DNA of 63,148 bases, counting the filler, from Dimargaris cristalligena (lineage: Eukaryota): the NCBI GenBank assembly GCA_003614675.1. It is 16 parts of 16 records of this genome, joined end to end, with 100 filler letters (N's around TTAATTAATTAA, not from the genome) between each part and the next. Parts side by side here need not be neighbours in the genome. Positions count along the whole stretch, not along the records: positions 47,615 to 51,435 come from ML003875.1; positions 51,536 to 55,351 come from ML003876.1; positions 55,452 to 59,257 come from ML003877.1; positions 59,358 to 63,148 come from ML003878.1; 12 more parts are not named here. One strand, given 5' to 3'. The translations under genes and the position numbers were made by a program. Each line of letters begins with the position of its first letter. Positions within the stretch are counted from its first letter, which is position 1. The notes beneath the pieces were generated by a model that searched no databases, was not told the origin of the DNA, and saw only the letters and a list, made by a program, of their open reading frames with translations. Positions 47,615 to 59,508 of this stretch are shown here, in pieces.

Positions 47615-49978
47615 GGTCGCGTTCCGAGAACTTCTCCAGGGCGAACTGAACTAGTGTGCGCGGGGGTAAGGCATCCCCGTCCCCGCCGTTTCCAGCGACG
47701 CACCGCGCGGCAACCGCCCGCCAGTAACTTTGGGCCAACAATAGATTCACTTCAGATATATGCCGGGGCGAGCCACTGCCACTGCCACTACTGCTCCCAC
47801 CACCATCGCCATTAGCCGCGCCTCCTTCGATAGAGGTGAAGGCATGACGATACATGGCCAGTGCTTCGGTCGGCTGCCCAAGTTGATCCGCCAGCAAGGC
47901 CTGGCCTGCCCAGACGGGAACGAATTCGGGGTCCAGGTTCTGAATTTGTGTAAACACCCGATTGGCCAATTCCAATTTCCCGTGTTGGAGGTAGAGGAAC
48001 CCTAAATTCGACCAGGCCGAGACATTCTTGGGTTGGATCGTGACCGCACGGATGAAAGCGTGTTGGGCCAGGTGGGGGTCGGCTTCAGCGGTTGACAACG
48101 ACGATGAGGTGGATGAGGCAACCACCCCCAGGTGATTCCAGTACTCGGGTTGGCTCGGTTGGAGTACAACGTGGCTTTGTTGGCCTGAAGGGCATTTACC
48201 AGCCAGGCCTGTTCGGCAATGGAGGAAGCGGGGGCAGCCTCTTCGTTGGCCGGGTTAGTAGTAGTAGTAGTCGTAGTAGTCGTTGTCTCGCGGAAGTGAT
48301 CGTAGTAAAGGGTCGCCGGCTGGAAATAGAGGTTCGCGGTGGGTGCAGAAAACTCCGCCAGCGGAGTTAAAGTACGTAGCTGGACCCGTAGGGATAGGCA
48401 GGCCAAAGCGGCGAGGGCCGCCGCACGATGGGTGGAGTCCAGGGGTGATGGTGTTAATGATGACAATGCCGATGACAATACCAAAGTTTCGGAAACCGCG
48501 GCTCCTCGCCAAGACCGATACAGTGTGGCCAGATTATGCTCCGCACAATTAGCCGATAGGAGGTTGGGGTAAGCCACCATAATACAGTCCATAATGGACC
48601 CTACCGTGGACACGAACCCATAAGTTGGGGCTTGGCTTTGGTGCACTACGTTCAGGTAGAGTCGACAGGCATTGTGGATTCGCTCGAGAATTACCCACTC
48701 AATGTTGCTTCCATTTTCCTCTCCCCCGATTTATTCTTCCATCGGCGGAAAGCGAATCAACAGCGAATGAGAATAAATCAAAATGTCGGCAGTGACTACG
48801 GACTTGACTGAAATACCCAAACCTCAGAAACTCCTGCCCCTGTAGCAAGAAGCATTGCAAGCAGGCCACTTCCACTGTCACCCAAATCGAAGGAGGTGTA
48901 GCCGGCCGGATTGTAACATTAGTGATCCCCGTTGAGCTAGGTACTGGAGGACTGGGTAATAACTCACACAAGCGGAGGGCCGAATCAAAGTGGGCCAGGG
49001 CCTCCGGGAACTCGCTCAAATTCTGGAATACCCGACCCAACAGCCAGTGGATAGACACAGCCAAGGGTGAGGGTGAATTCGGCTCTGCCTTAGGCTCCAC
49101 CAATTCCAGGGCGCGCTGGAGTGCCCGCTGGGCCGTATTGCACCATCCGTCACGGAAGTAAGCCTCACCCAGTCCCTCCCAAGCCACTACTTCCGTGTTG
49201 CTCCCACCCTCGGGGGCTGAGGACTCGGTATTTTTGGAAGTACTAGACATAGTTTTCATAGCCTGTTGGAAGGCCATAATAGCCTTTGACTATTGGCCGG
49301 TCCGGTGCAAATAGTCCATCACAATGAACCGGCAGGACCGGGGATTTGCCTGCATGACCATTTGGGTAACACGGGCTACTAGAGTCCACTGGTGCTCGGC
49401 CGCGTACAACTGGATCAACTGCTAGGCGGTGTCACTGTTGTTCCGGGGATTGAGTTCAAAAGCCCGTTGGTAGCATTTGAGGGCCCGCTGGACCAGAGCC
49501 AGGGCCGGGTGATTGGAATTCGCCTGGGCTTCCCATTCGTAGAACTAACCTGACCAAAAGAAGGCCATATCTAGCTGGGGATTAAGGCGGGTGGCTTGCA
49601 ACCAGGCCTTGAGGGTCAGGGGCTTGTCACTCTGGTAAGTCCTGCCCTGATCCCAATAGATGTGTCCAAGCTGGAAATAATACTCTGTGGTGCGAGGCTG
49701 AAGGGTGATGGCACATTTGATCAACCCCTTGGCCTCTTCCCAGTCCTGGTTTTGGAAAAGGACCCACCTGAGTTTGTCCAGGGCCAAATGATTATCCGAA
49801 TTCTACTCTGTGATGGTTTGTAGTAGTGCGACCAATTGGGCAAACTGGCCCTGGGAGTTTAGGACCATGGCGAGTCCCAGTTGTGCCAGCAGGGAGTCGG
49901 AGTTTAGGACCAGCACAACCTTGTACACCTATTGGGCCTTGGGTAAATAGCAGGCACTGAGGGCCTAGTAGGAATTGG
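47615..49978 (-). pseudogene. SKI3: Ski3/TTC37 TPR superkiller protein, disabled by stops and frameshifts; truncated by contig end
   Basis: YFQLGHIYW..WLQATRLNP, ALKCYQRAFELNP, AFQQAMK..AWEGLGEAY...G..TA.RAL.RA.EL, AQHAFIRAV...PKNVSAWSNLGFLYL..ANRVF..IQNLDPE. In-frame TAG at 49545-47 and 49422-24; frameshifts near 49335, 48750 and 48146. Confidence 0.85.
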
Positions 49979-51304
49979 CTGTTGGAAATATAAATTCAAA
50001 GGTAAATGTAAGTACCTTTAATTGCAACTATAAAAATTTTAAGAAGAGAGAAAGAACCGCAAGGGACAAGGCTAAATGCCCGCAGTAGGTTTTATTGAGT
50101 TGGATAATAGCAGTTTTAATGATTAGGATGAAGTCCCGGGTAAAGAAGGATATGGGTAAAGTTCAATATAACTATATAATAATTTTGATGAAAGTTCCAA
50201 TTAGTGTAGTGGTACTATTTTTTTATTGAAATGGAAGATAGGTACATTGATGGGACTTTTTTTAAAAACAAGGGATAAATAATCACCAACCCTATAATTA
50301 ATCATAAGACCTATAATAAATCTATGAATAATGACTTAGGAAAGCCCAAAAAAAACTATACTATGTAAATTGATGTTTGGCAACCAGACTAGTGGTAAAT
50401 TAGCTTTCTTTAACTACTTTCCACTATTTTCCAATACTTTTAGGCTATTTTCTACTACTTTTTAAAGGAATATTCCTATACTAAATTAAATTACAATAAA
50501 CCTAAACTTTCTTTTTTATATAGTCTTGTAACTAGTATATAGAAACTGTGTTTTAATAATTAAACTACCCTTCTAATACTTTAATATTTCTTACTAATCC
50601 CCACCAATCTACCTAAATACAAATAACCACTAATTCTGCCAAACTTTTGAGCTTCCCAGGTTACCTGTACCATTTTTCTTTGGTAATTAATCACCTAATA
50701 AATAATTCTAAATGGTGAATACACACAATCTACACCAGCTGAATTATAAAATAAATAAACCCTTTTCACAGTAAAAAACTGGCCAACAAGGGGCTATACT
50801 TAAGAAATTTTCAAAGCTATCCAGGAATCTGGCAGGGGAAGATGACCTTTTTGATCTCTTTTCTTCTTTTTTATTGAAAACCAGCTCTAGGAAGGCCCTG
50901 TTTGCTAGGTTAATTAGGGTATCCCCCTTTTTTAGTATTATTTTATCTATAGTAGACTACTTCCAATCTACTAAACACTATAATAAGGTAGTTTGGTCTT
51001 CCCTCCTTACTCCCTATCTCACTAATTCTACCTTAGCCAAGTTAGGCATTTCAGTGTCCCTGTGGCATTGCACCCACACTTATAAATATGCCAAATCTGG
51101 GCCCTAGTAGACCCCAAGGTCATCTAATATTTCTAGATCTCAGCTGGGGATCTAGAGGGATGTCTTAGAATTTCTCAATAAGAATTATAAGGAGGCTAAT
51201 AATAGGACTGACCAAGTATCTACTCATACAGATCTTCAAATAGGCCTCCCTCTCCATGGAAAAAAGAGGCAAAGTGATTCTGATATTACTGCAGCTCCTC
51301 CTAC

Positions 51305-51435
51305 TATAAAGAACTGACCTCAAATCCTTGAAAACTGAACCTTATTCGAAAAGATAGGTGATAAAAAGGGAAAGGTGATGATAGACTTGCTGTTCCAAGA
51401 GGTGGCAGCAAGGGGGAGTATTTATACTCACATGC
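51305..51435 (-). repeat. Family-B LTR 3' portion
   Basis: Reverse complement of 19948-20076. Confidence 0.8.
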
Positions 51436-53484
51436 NNNNNNNNNNNNNNNNNNNNNNNNNNNNNNNNNNNNNNNNNNNNTTAATTAATTAANNNNNNNNN
51501 NNNNNNNNNNNNNNNNNNNNNNNNNNNNNNNNNNNGTCAAGTTTACCACTGCCCTAATTTGAGTGCAAATATGACTCCCTTTAATGCTTTCATATAAAGC
51601 AGATATTATCCAAATATATATATATAGCTCAGTAAAATTTCGTTTGTTGCCCACTGGGTCTTAGGACCAATAATTCCTTATGTATATCTTTGATAATTCT
51701 ATTTTGTCATGGCTCGCATGGCCATAGTTATTACTTCCACTACTAAATGTAAGCATAGTGCACGGAAGGACCATAATCGCGATATCAGATTAATTGTTTG
51801 AAACAAGATTACAGTCGACTATACAGGACTGAGAATCCCAGCGAGGCTGGATGATAGTTGGGAAGGGGTTGGATAACTGAGATGGCCCAATGCATGGCAG
51901 GGAGGAAATAAATATGAGGATTAATGAAGTGGTGGTGGTTAACTTAGACACCGTGGTTTAGATCATCCACCCACCGCCATCAGCTCTGGCACCTAATCTC
52001 ATCATTAATAGACAGTGCCTATTCCTTAATGTCACTGTTCCACTTTTACCAGCCAATTTAGCCGGTAGAATTGTTCCCCCCGAAACGCATCTTGGTCGCA
52101 GAAAAGACTATGGTTAGTGGCAATGGTGCTTGCATACGGTGAAGCTGGTAATGGTGCACCTCGTCTTTTAATTTGGTTATATACCAATGCTACTGTATTA
52201 GAGAGACATGCGGGAGGTGAAATGGAAATTAGGTGAAATTATAAATTATAGTTTTACCGTTCAATCTGAGTTTACCACTAGAGCTATAAAGTCATTGAGA
52301 TATCCGTGGTCTCAATAGTTTTAATATCCATAATCTTAAGCCCCGCAGGCTATATTTTTTCTAGCCTCTTTTACCATTCCGGGAAGGATATAAACGGACG
52401 GGGGATGGTAGAATCTACTAGGATGCATTTATGTATAAAATAAGTATTTACAATGGATTACAGTGGCAGTTATAGTCATGGTTGCGGGAGTTGCTTAAGC
52501 AGCATACCTCTATATTTAGGGTGGGTGGATACGGGTGGAAGTGAAGTAATAAGACATCTCTACCTACACTCGTCCAACTCGTAGTTACCGGATGACTAAT
52601 TGGGCGGGCCGCCTAATACTCCCCCCACCCACCCACCAACTTTGTATAATACGTTCCTGTGTTGGTAGACCCCATTCCCTCCCCCCTAAGTGCTTAGTAC
52701 CCCCCACCCCACTAATGCCCCGTGCTCCAATGCCAATGGTGTGGGGTATATAAAAGGGTGGGCCGGATAATTATTTTGTCTCCGCTACCGCAGGCACAAA
52801 GTATGGGATCGACCATTGCTCCGATGTAGGATATTGGGACTCGAGCCCACTGGGGTACCCACAAGGACGACCCAAGCTATACCCAGAGCAGTAAAAGCGG
52901 GGCCTGCGATAGCGTCGATTGGGCGATTTTGTTGGTTTTTTTATATATATTTTTGCGGAAGTACGCCGGCTAGGGTGAATATTATACCTTGTTAAAATAC
53001 TCCCCCCCAAAATCCGAACCATGCAATAAAGAAGATGGCCCCTCCCCGACAAAGGCATCGGCGGCATTATATATAACCCGGGACTTTATTGTCGGGATGC
53101 TGGCCAATATAATTTAATGATTTTTCGTTCCTTTTTATTTCCGAGTGCCAGGCTGCAGTAACGACATCCTTCTTTCAATCGATAATTTGGTGGACGGCCA
53201 TATATATATTTTACTGGGTAATGAAGGATGCTACCATTGCCCCTTCGTCCTCGAGTGGGGTTGTATTTTATATAAAAAGGGCACTGCCGCCCCCTTTGGT
53301 TTGCCCGCCATCATTTGAACTCACTTCTATACCATTTTACCTCACCGCTGACTAACTTACTTACCTTTGGGATTTGGATATATAGCAGCCTGCTTTGTAT
53401 ATCCTATCCACCCATCACTATACCCCCCCCCCTACGTACCCTTTTCCCTGCCCCCCATCCTCTCACCTCATTTTCACCGTCGCA

Positions 53485-54243
53485 ATGAGAATCAACGTGG
53501 TCTTCGCTATATCCGCTGCCATCGTGAGTAGTGTCGCATTCGCCGCTCCCCAATTCGGGAAACCCGAACCTCGTCTAGTGCGCCGTAGTAAAACCTCAAC
53601 CAGCGGATCCTTTTCAGGAAAAGCGACCTTCTATGACGTTGAGGGAATCCACTCCTGCGGTGATAAGGGTGACCCGAGCAAGTTAACCGTGGCTCTGGTA
53701 AGTACTGATTTGATCCCCATAAACCATCTCTTTTACGTGGGTTTGTTTATTGAACAGAAGCAACCCCCCTAGACACGTATTGTTGCTGCTTTTTCCTATT
53801 CAATCACCGTGCCTCTCCTCTCCCTGGACATGGCGTATCGATTGGTACTGTCAGGCTATATCTATACCTGCGAACATGCATGCGGTTGGCACTCTGCTCT
53901 GATGCGCCCCGCCTCATAAATATTGCACAATGTTACCCCCCACCTAGACAATTTTATATTATTATTACTTTGGTGTACTGATTCCCGCTTTATTTTGGTT
54001 TTTGCCCGCCTACCTTCACGCCTTTTATAGAGCCAAACACTAATGAAGAACTTAAACGCAAAGAGTCCCTACTGCCATAAGCAGGTGACTATTACCTGGA
54101 ATGGTCAATCCGTTGAGGCCATGGTTACTGACACTTGTCCCGGCTGTGGCGAGCACGACATCGACCTTGGAAGAGCCGTGGCAGAGGAATTTGGGGAGGA
54201 ATTCATGAAAAAAGGCCAGGTCCCTGTGACATGGACCATGTAG
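53485..54243 (+). CDS. Secreted RlpA-like double-psi beta-barrel (expansin/loosenin-like) protein. Exons 53485-53697, 54031-54243
   Basis: Signal peptide MRINVVFAISAAIVSSVAFA; FSGKATFY..SCG..VAL|S..C.KQVTI...SVEAMVTDTCPGC..HDIDL..VPVTW; phase-0 GT-AG intron; TATATAAAA near 53270. Confidence 0.92.
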
Positions 54244-55001
54244 AGTCAGTGATACATTTACCAAATCTGCTACCCCCAATCCTTACCCCCGAGGTTAGCT
54301 CGCTGGACGAATGCTACACACCTCTACTCTAGTCTCGCCTCCCCCCCTTTATTATCGTTCGGTTATGCACAAGATTTCGCCCATTTGAGCCCTACCTATC
54401 ACTTCTTTTCTTTCGCATCGGTTCTCACTCTGCGGTGTATTTTGGTGGAGCCCAGGAATCCTCCACCACGCTTAATAAAACCCATCGATGACTATTTAGT
54501 TTAGCCTTCTCATTTTCTATCTAGGAACCTAAAGTTCTATAAACTTAGTTGAATATTAATTGTATTTGCCATGTAATGTTTGGGATACACGAAGGGCGTG
54601 GAATAGACGCCGGTGAAGACTGCAGTAAAAATTAGGAAAATGGTATTTGGTAGGGTGATATTGCGAGCCCACAACCATACAATGGACTTGCATGCATAAT
54701 CTGATATTCCAACTATCTATATTACCAAAATTTGGCTATTTTTAAGGTAAAGGAAAAGTGGGGGGACCTCGTAATATCAGTACATTCCCCTTGTCCTCGT
54801 AGAAAACCCACTCCTTATCCCAAGGACCGCCCCATGGGTACTCTTTGCCTGTTTTGCTTTTAGATTCACTCCCCCTCCCGCTTCACCTCATTCCCTGAGG
54901 GAATCTCCCTTTGGCGTTTCGTACTAGCTTCTCGCCTCTTACCTTGTTGCATTCGTCCAACATTCAATAGCTTAACCGAGTCATATTCATTCGTTTTCTA
55001 A

Positions 55002-55125
55002 ATGCCAACCGAATCGTCCCTACCATTGCCTAAGCTGGGCTTCGGCGCCGGTGCCTTTAGCGGCCGATACAACGATATTGACCATTCCCAAGTGACGGCA
55101 ACCGTTCAGCGCAGTTTGGAGTTAG
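55002..55125 (+). CDS. Aldo/keto reductase first exon (D-arabinose/L-galactose dehydrogenase-like); remainder beyond contig end
   Basis: LPKLGFGAGAFSGRY..TVQRSLELG followed by GTAAT donor. Confidence 0.7.
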
Positions 55126-55451
55126 GTAATGCCCTCTATGTGCACGTCTTCTTTGCAGATTTTCCCCATTCCCCGGAGCAACTGGCCGGCTTGTGGCAAT
55201 GGGTCTCAAATCCTTATATGCGGCCTCATGGCAACATCCCTCTCACTAGGCCCACAGGAGATCTAAGACTACAAGAAAGTAACTGAGGCACTACCACTCT
55301 CTAACACATACATTTATATTAAAATATTGCTATTTATTATCCGTGATAACCNNNNNNNNNNNNNNNNNNNNNNNNNNNNNNNNNNNNNNNNNNNNTTAAT
55401 TAATTAANNNNNNNNNNNNNNNNNNNNNNNNNNNNNNNNNNNNNNNNNNNN

Positions 55452-56040
55452 TGAAATGATAGATGGAAATAGAGAAAGCTATTGTTAGCTATACTTTGAA
55501 CAGGGGTGTAGTTGGGCCAGGGGCAGTGTGAATGCAGGGGTACAGTCTGGTCAGGGGTAGGGGTGCATCATAGTCAAGGGTATATAATATACTAATAGAA
55601 AAAATACTAAACTAATGAAAATGGAGGAAAAATAACTATACTCATCAGGAGTGTACTTCTGATAAGTGTGAAGAATAGATAAAAATAAAAGTAGGTAAAA
55701 ATGTGGTAAGTTCACCAAACCCAGTTATATATAAATAGGGACAGCTCCATAGGGAGGTACCAAGGGAAATGCTACTAAGACTAAGGTATAGGTAGATAAG
55801 GAATCTGACTGGATGGCTTTGTATCTGGAAGACTCTTATGGGAACTGGAAGAGTCTTGGATTAGCAGGTTGAGTGTTTTGGTGCAAAGCATTGGGGTTGG
55901 GAAGGAGAAAAGTTATATAATAAATGATGACCCCATAGTACCAGGGGTGACTATGGGAGGGTTAATATGGTACTATAAGGCCTAATAAGGATAGATGATC
56001 ATTAAGTCCAGATTAAGTTAGATTAGGAGGGCTGATAACA
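55452..56040 (-). mobile_element. Nested LTRs: family-B LTR (55452-55719) inserted into a family-A LTR (55720-56040)
   Basis: Family-B start (gtaagttcacca) directly abuts cccagttatata, an internal position of family A; family-A 5' end at ggagggctgataaca. Confidence 0.8.
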
Positions 56041-56871
56041 TACTTCATTTATCTATATTCATATACTAATAATTCACTCATACAGTCACCTTGCTTTACA
56101 GAATTGTGCCTGCCAAAGATCTTCTTGGGTTAGTTTAAAAAGGTTACATATGTTTATACTCATTTGCTATTCTGAGGCCATCAAGCCACTCACCCTATCT
56201 TGGGTTCCCACTTGCCATTTTTTCTGTATTTGCATAAGCCACTATGCATTTCCCTTGATCAATAGACATTTTTACTAATCACATTATAACTAAGCCCAAA
56301 ATTGGGCCCTTATATTTTCTTACCTTTCTATCCCTTTATCTGTTGGAATACTAAGGATGTAAAGAAAATAAAACTGAAAGTAAGGGAAGAAAGCAGCTAA
56401 AGGACAGCAGGTGCCTCTAGGAGGTTAGTTTTATTGAACTGTAATTTCAATGGGGTGAAATATAAGTGGCTAACATAATTGGGTGAAACAGGATAGGATA
56501 AAGAATATGTAGGAATATATTCTTCAATAATATCTATAATCTAATGCTTAATTAGTTCTGTTACATTTTGTTAAGGAGGACTAGTGTTTAAGGGAGCTGA
56601 GTAGGGTGTGGGGTTTTTTAAGATATATATAGTTATTTTATTAGGACATAAAGAACCCATGTTATAGCAAGCTAATCCTTATTTTATACTCTGGGTACAT
56701 TAGTATTGATGGTAAGTCTTGTAACTGTTTGCTCCCCGCTTGGTGGTGCACTCTCATTGAGGGAGTCAGGTAACCACTCTAGTTTGGGGGGACTGATTCC
56801 CTCTGATGATTGCAGTTCCAGCGCCTATATGATCAAGTTCATACTTCCTATAGTATTATATAGCCCATCAT

Positions 56872-59018
56872 TTAGAACAAGGGTGATTGCATGTTCATGA
56901 AGATTCGACATTTGTTCAGTCCCTCTAGAATTGCAGCCCGGAAAAAATGCTTTTCGTTAAGGATTTGCAACAGCTTATTCAATTCGTTAAGCACTATCTC
57001 GGATATTGGCTCGATTACGGATTGCGAGTCTTCCTCTGATTCCGCATCTGAGCTTACGTCTGATTCCAAATTTGAATCTGAAACCGAATATGACTGTGGG
57101 TCGGTCAAAATAGAATCGACTTCAACAACATTGGCCATGGCGGGGTCCGTCATATTTTCGATAGGGTATGGGTCTGATTCTATCTGTTCAATTTTTAATA
57201 GTAGGCCCGCAACTATCTCTACGATCTTGTCGGCTTCGCGGACAAGGTTCTCGGGGATGAAGGAGATTGCGCTTTCGTTGCCGGGGGTTGTCCCCTTGTT
57301 GGGGTTGGTGGGGTTGATCGAGGTAATATTTTTCTGATATCGAATTGCAGTATCAAAGGACCGGGCCCATATCCGAATAGGGTAAAGCTTATATTCGACG
57401 TAATTCAGATTCTCTAAATAATCGACCAAGCCTGTGAGATATTCCAACTGCGTAATCATATTCGTGGTGGTTTTGCTATCGTCGACTGGTATCACGCCCA
57501 CTTGGGGGTTCAATTTGCGATTATGGCGAACCCGGATCCTGGTAGACGGAGGCTCATAAACTTCCGGAGATAAAATGACATGGCCCTGGAAAGTAAACTG
57601 TTGGTAACATCTGAAATGCTCCTCGGGGCTAATACTAAACTGATCCATATGGTAATCGAAACTCAGGGACATATACACGATTTGGAAATCAAGTGCTGCC
57701 AAACACGGGATATCGCGTTTGAGGAAAGGATTACCAAATTCGGTGAAAAGTTCTTCGGCCTCTATTAATTCGTATTCTAGAGCCCACATAAAGAGGGTCG
57801 CGATGGGCAAGCGGGATCTACCAACATAAGGAGAACTAAATCTGCTAGTTTCGAAAGGGGTATTGTTTTGAGGATCAAATTCAAGGCTTCTAATACTGGA
57901 AGAGGGCTCTGGAGCTCCGGGGCCCACGTCCGACAACCAATTAGTGACAGGCATATTGGTAAGTTCTATCGTGGAATCGTCATAGCCTGACACTGGCCTA
58001 GAAGGGGTGGGGTCGTTACGATCTCTGGCAATCCAGGAGCGGATAGTTTGTTTGAACCCGTCCAAATTCTTTTGGACCACGTAATGGGCGGCCAGATGGC
58101 CTTGCACCAAATAGGGGATGCGACGCAGGGCTTGTCGAGTCAAGTCGTTGGGTAGATCAGTGCTGAACAAGCCAGGGAGCCCACTGGATAACGAAACATT
58201 GCTGGGACCATAGCTATAGGAGTCCACTCTGGCGATTAACGCGTTTAACTCGGGGATTTCACTCGTACCTAGTTCAAGCGCACGAGCGACCATGGGGAAC
58301 AGGGCATCGAATTCTTCGAGGTCCATTTCGCCAGAGGTTACATACTCCACGCTGTCGGCCCAATCCGCCAGTTCAGCGTAGTTGTTGCACAAAGTGCTTA
58401 GGAACGGGCCCGGCCGGGCTTGTTCTTCGCCATATGGCTGTATGCATTTTCCAAGTAGGCTGAAAGTGCTTACGAAGGCCGAATAGTCCGCCTCCGCTCT
58501 GACCATCTGCATAATGACGCTGTCGCTTTCCATCTGATTCCCGGCCAGCAGCTTCATTCGCTTATTATTCTGGTTGTATCCGGATGAACCAGCGGCTTCT
58601 TCACGCTTCTCGCCCTATTATTCGTAGATACCAGTATACAGATAATTGAATAGGTATGTGTTCACATATCCAGGGGAATTTAGGTTAAATTCACGAATTT
58701 TATTGACAATTCTACGGGCCTATTATACAGTACCGGAGTCATGCAAGACATATAAATTGTCTCAAAGGAAATAAATTGGATATTCGACCATAGCATTAAA
58801 GGGGGCAGGTGAAATGTAGGATAGTAGGGTAGCCGAAAAGTTGTGGTATAAACCACATGACTGACATCGCGTTTACTTACCCATGCACGGCGATGGAGCT
58901 GTGGAGCAGATTTTCCACCAGTCACTGTATTCATTGAGCCAATCCCATGTGGGAGACTGATGGTGAAATTGGCGAGGGCCATACCAACCACGAAGACGGA
59001 CAGGAGAGAAGACTTCAT
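56872..59018 (-). CDS. Secreted orphan protein, ~626 aa, candidate effector. Exons 59018-58881, 58614-56872
   Basis: Signal peptide MKSSLLSVFVVGMALANFTIS; GTAAGT donor and TAG acceptor join in phase 0 to the 561-aa ORF; no family recognised. Confidence 0.8.
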
Positions 59019-59357
59019 CGTGGCAAGGTACTGTCGATAGTAGAAGAAGACAACAAGCTTATCACTAAGCGTGTGAGTAATGTGGCGTAAATTGAAACCC
59101 TTCTTTAAGTTTGAAGGTGGGAAATAGGCGAAGGAAATGGTATAGCGTAGCCTGAAAAGAAAGGCCAATAATCGCGTTGAAGTTATAGGAACAGGATACG
59201 AGTGAATGGTGATGGATAAGGGCAGGGAATGCAGACTGCTTTTATACTTTTGGGAGCNNNNNNNNNNNNNNNNNNNNNNNNNNNNNNNNNNNNNNNNNNN
59301 NTTAATTAATTAANNNNNNNNNNNNNNNNNNNNNNNNNNNNNNNNNNNNNNNNNNNN

Positions 59358-59508
59358 CCTTGCATTAGCTTGTACTTATCCTTTATTAGTTAGTACTACT
59401 CCCCATCCTAATGCTAGCAGCCCGCTTGGCCAAGTCTAAGCCTCACCTACTGTTAGAAGCCTATCCTTAGGATTCTTGATAGACTAAGAGCAGTTATTCC
59501 AGGTGACA
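59358..59508 (+). repeat. Family-A LTR 3' portion
   Basis: gcttggccaagtctaagcc..cctactgttagaagcctat..gactaagag..ccaggtgaca matches 20520-20673. Confidence 0.8.

Noticed and set aside
48256..48285. (GTA)n microsatellite
   Set aside because: Ordinary poly-Thr tract inside the SKI3 frame.
49422..49547. In-frame TAG/TGA codons as recoding or an alternative genetic code
   Set aside because: They co-occur with frameshifts and occur only in decayed sequence; intact genes use standard stops.
3911..59357. Regularly spaced TTAATTAATTAA motif every ~3.9 kb resembling an array
   Set aside because: Always embedded in fixed N runs; an artificial linker. Gene neighbourhoods across spacers are meaningless.
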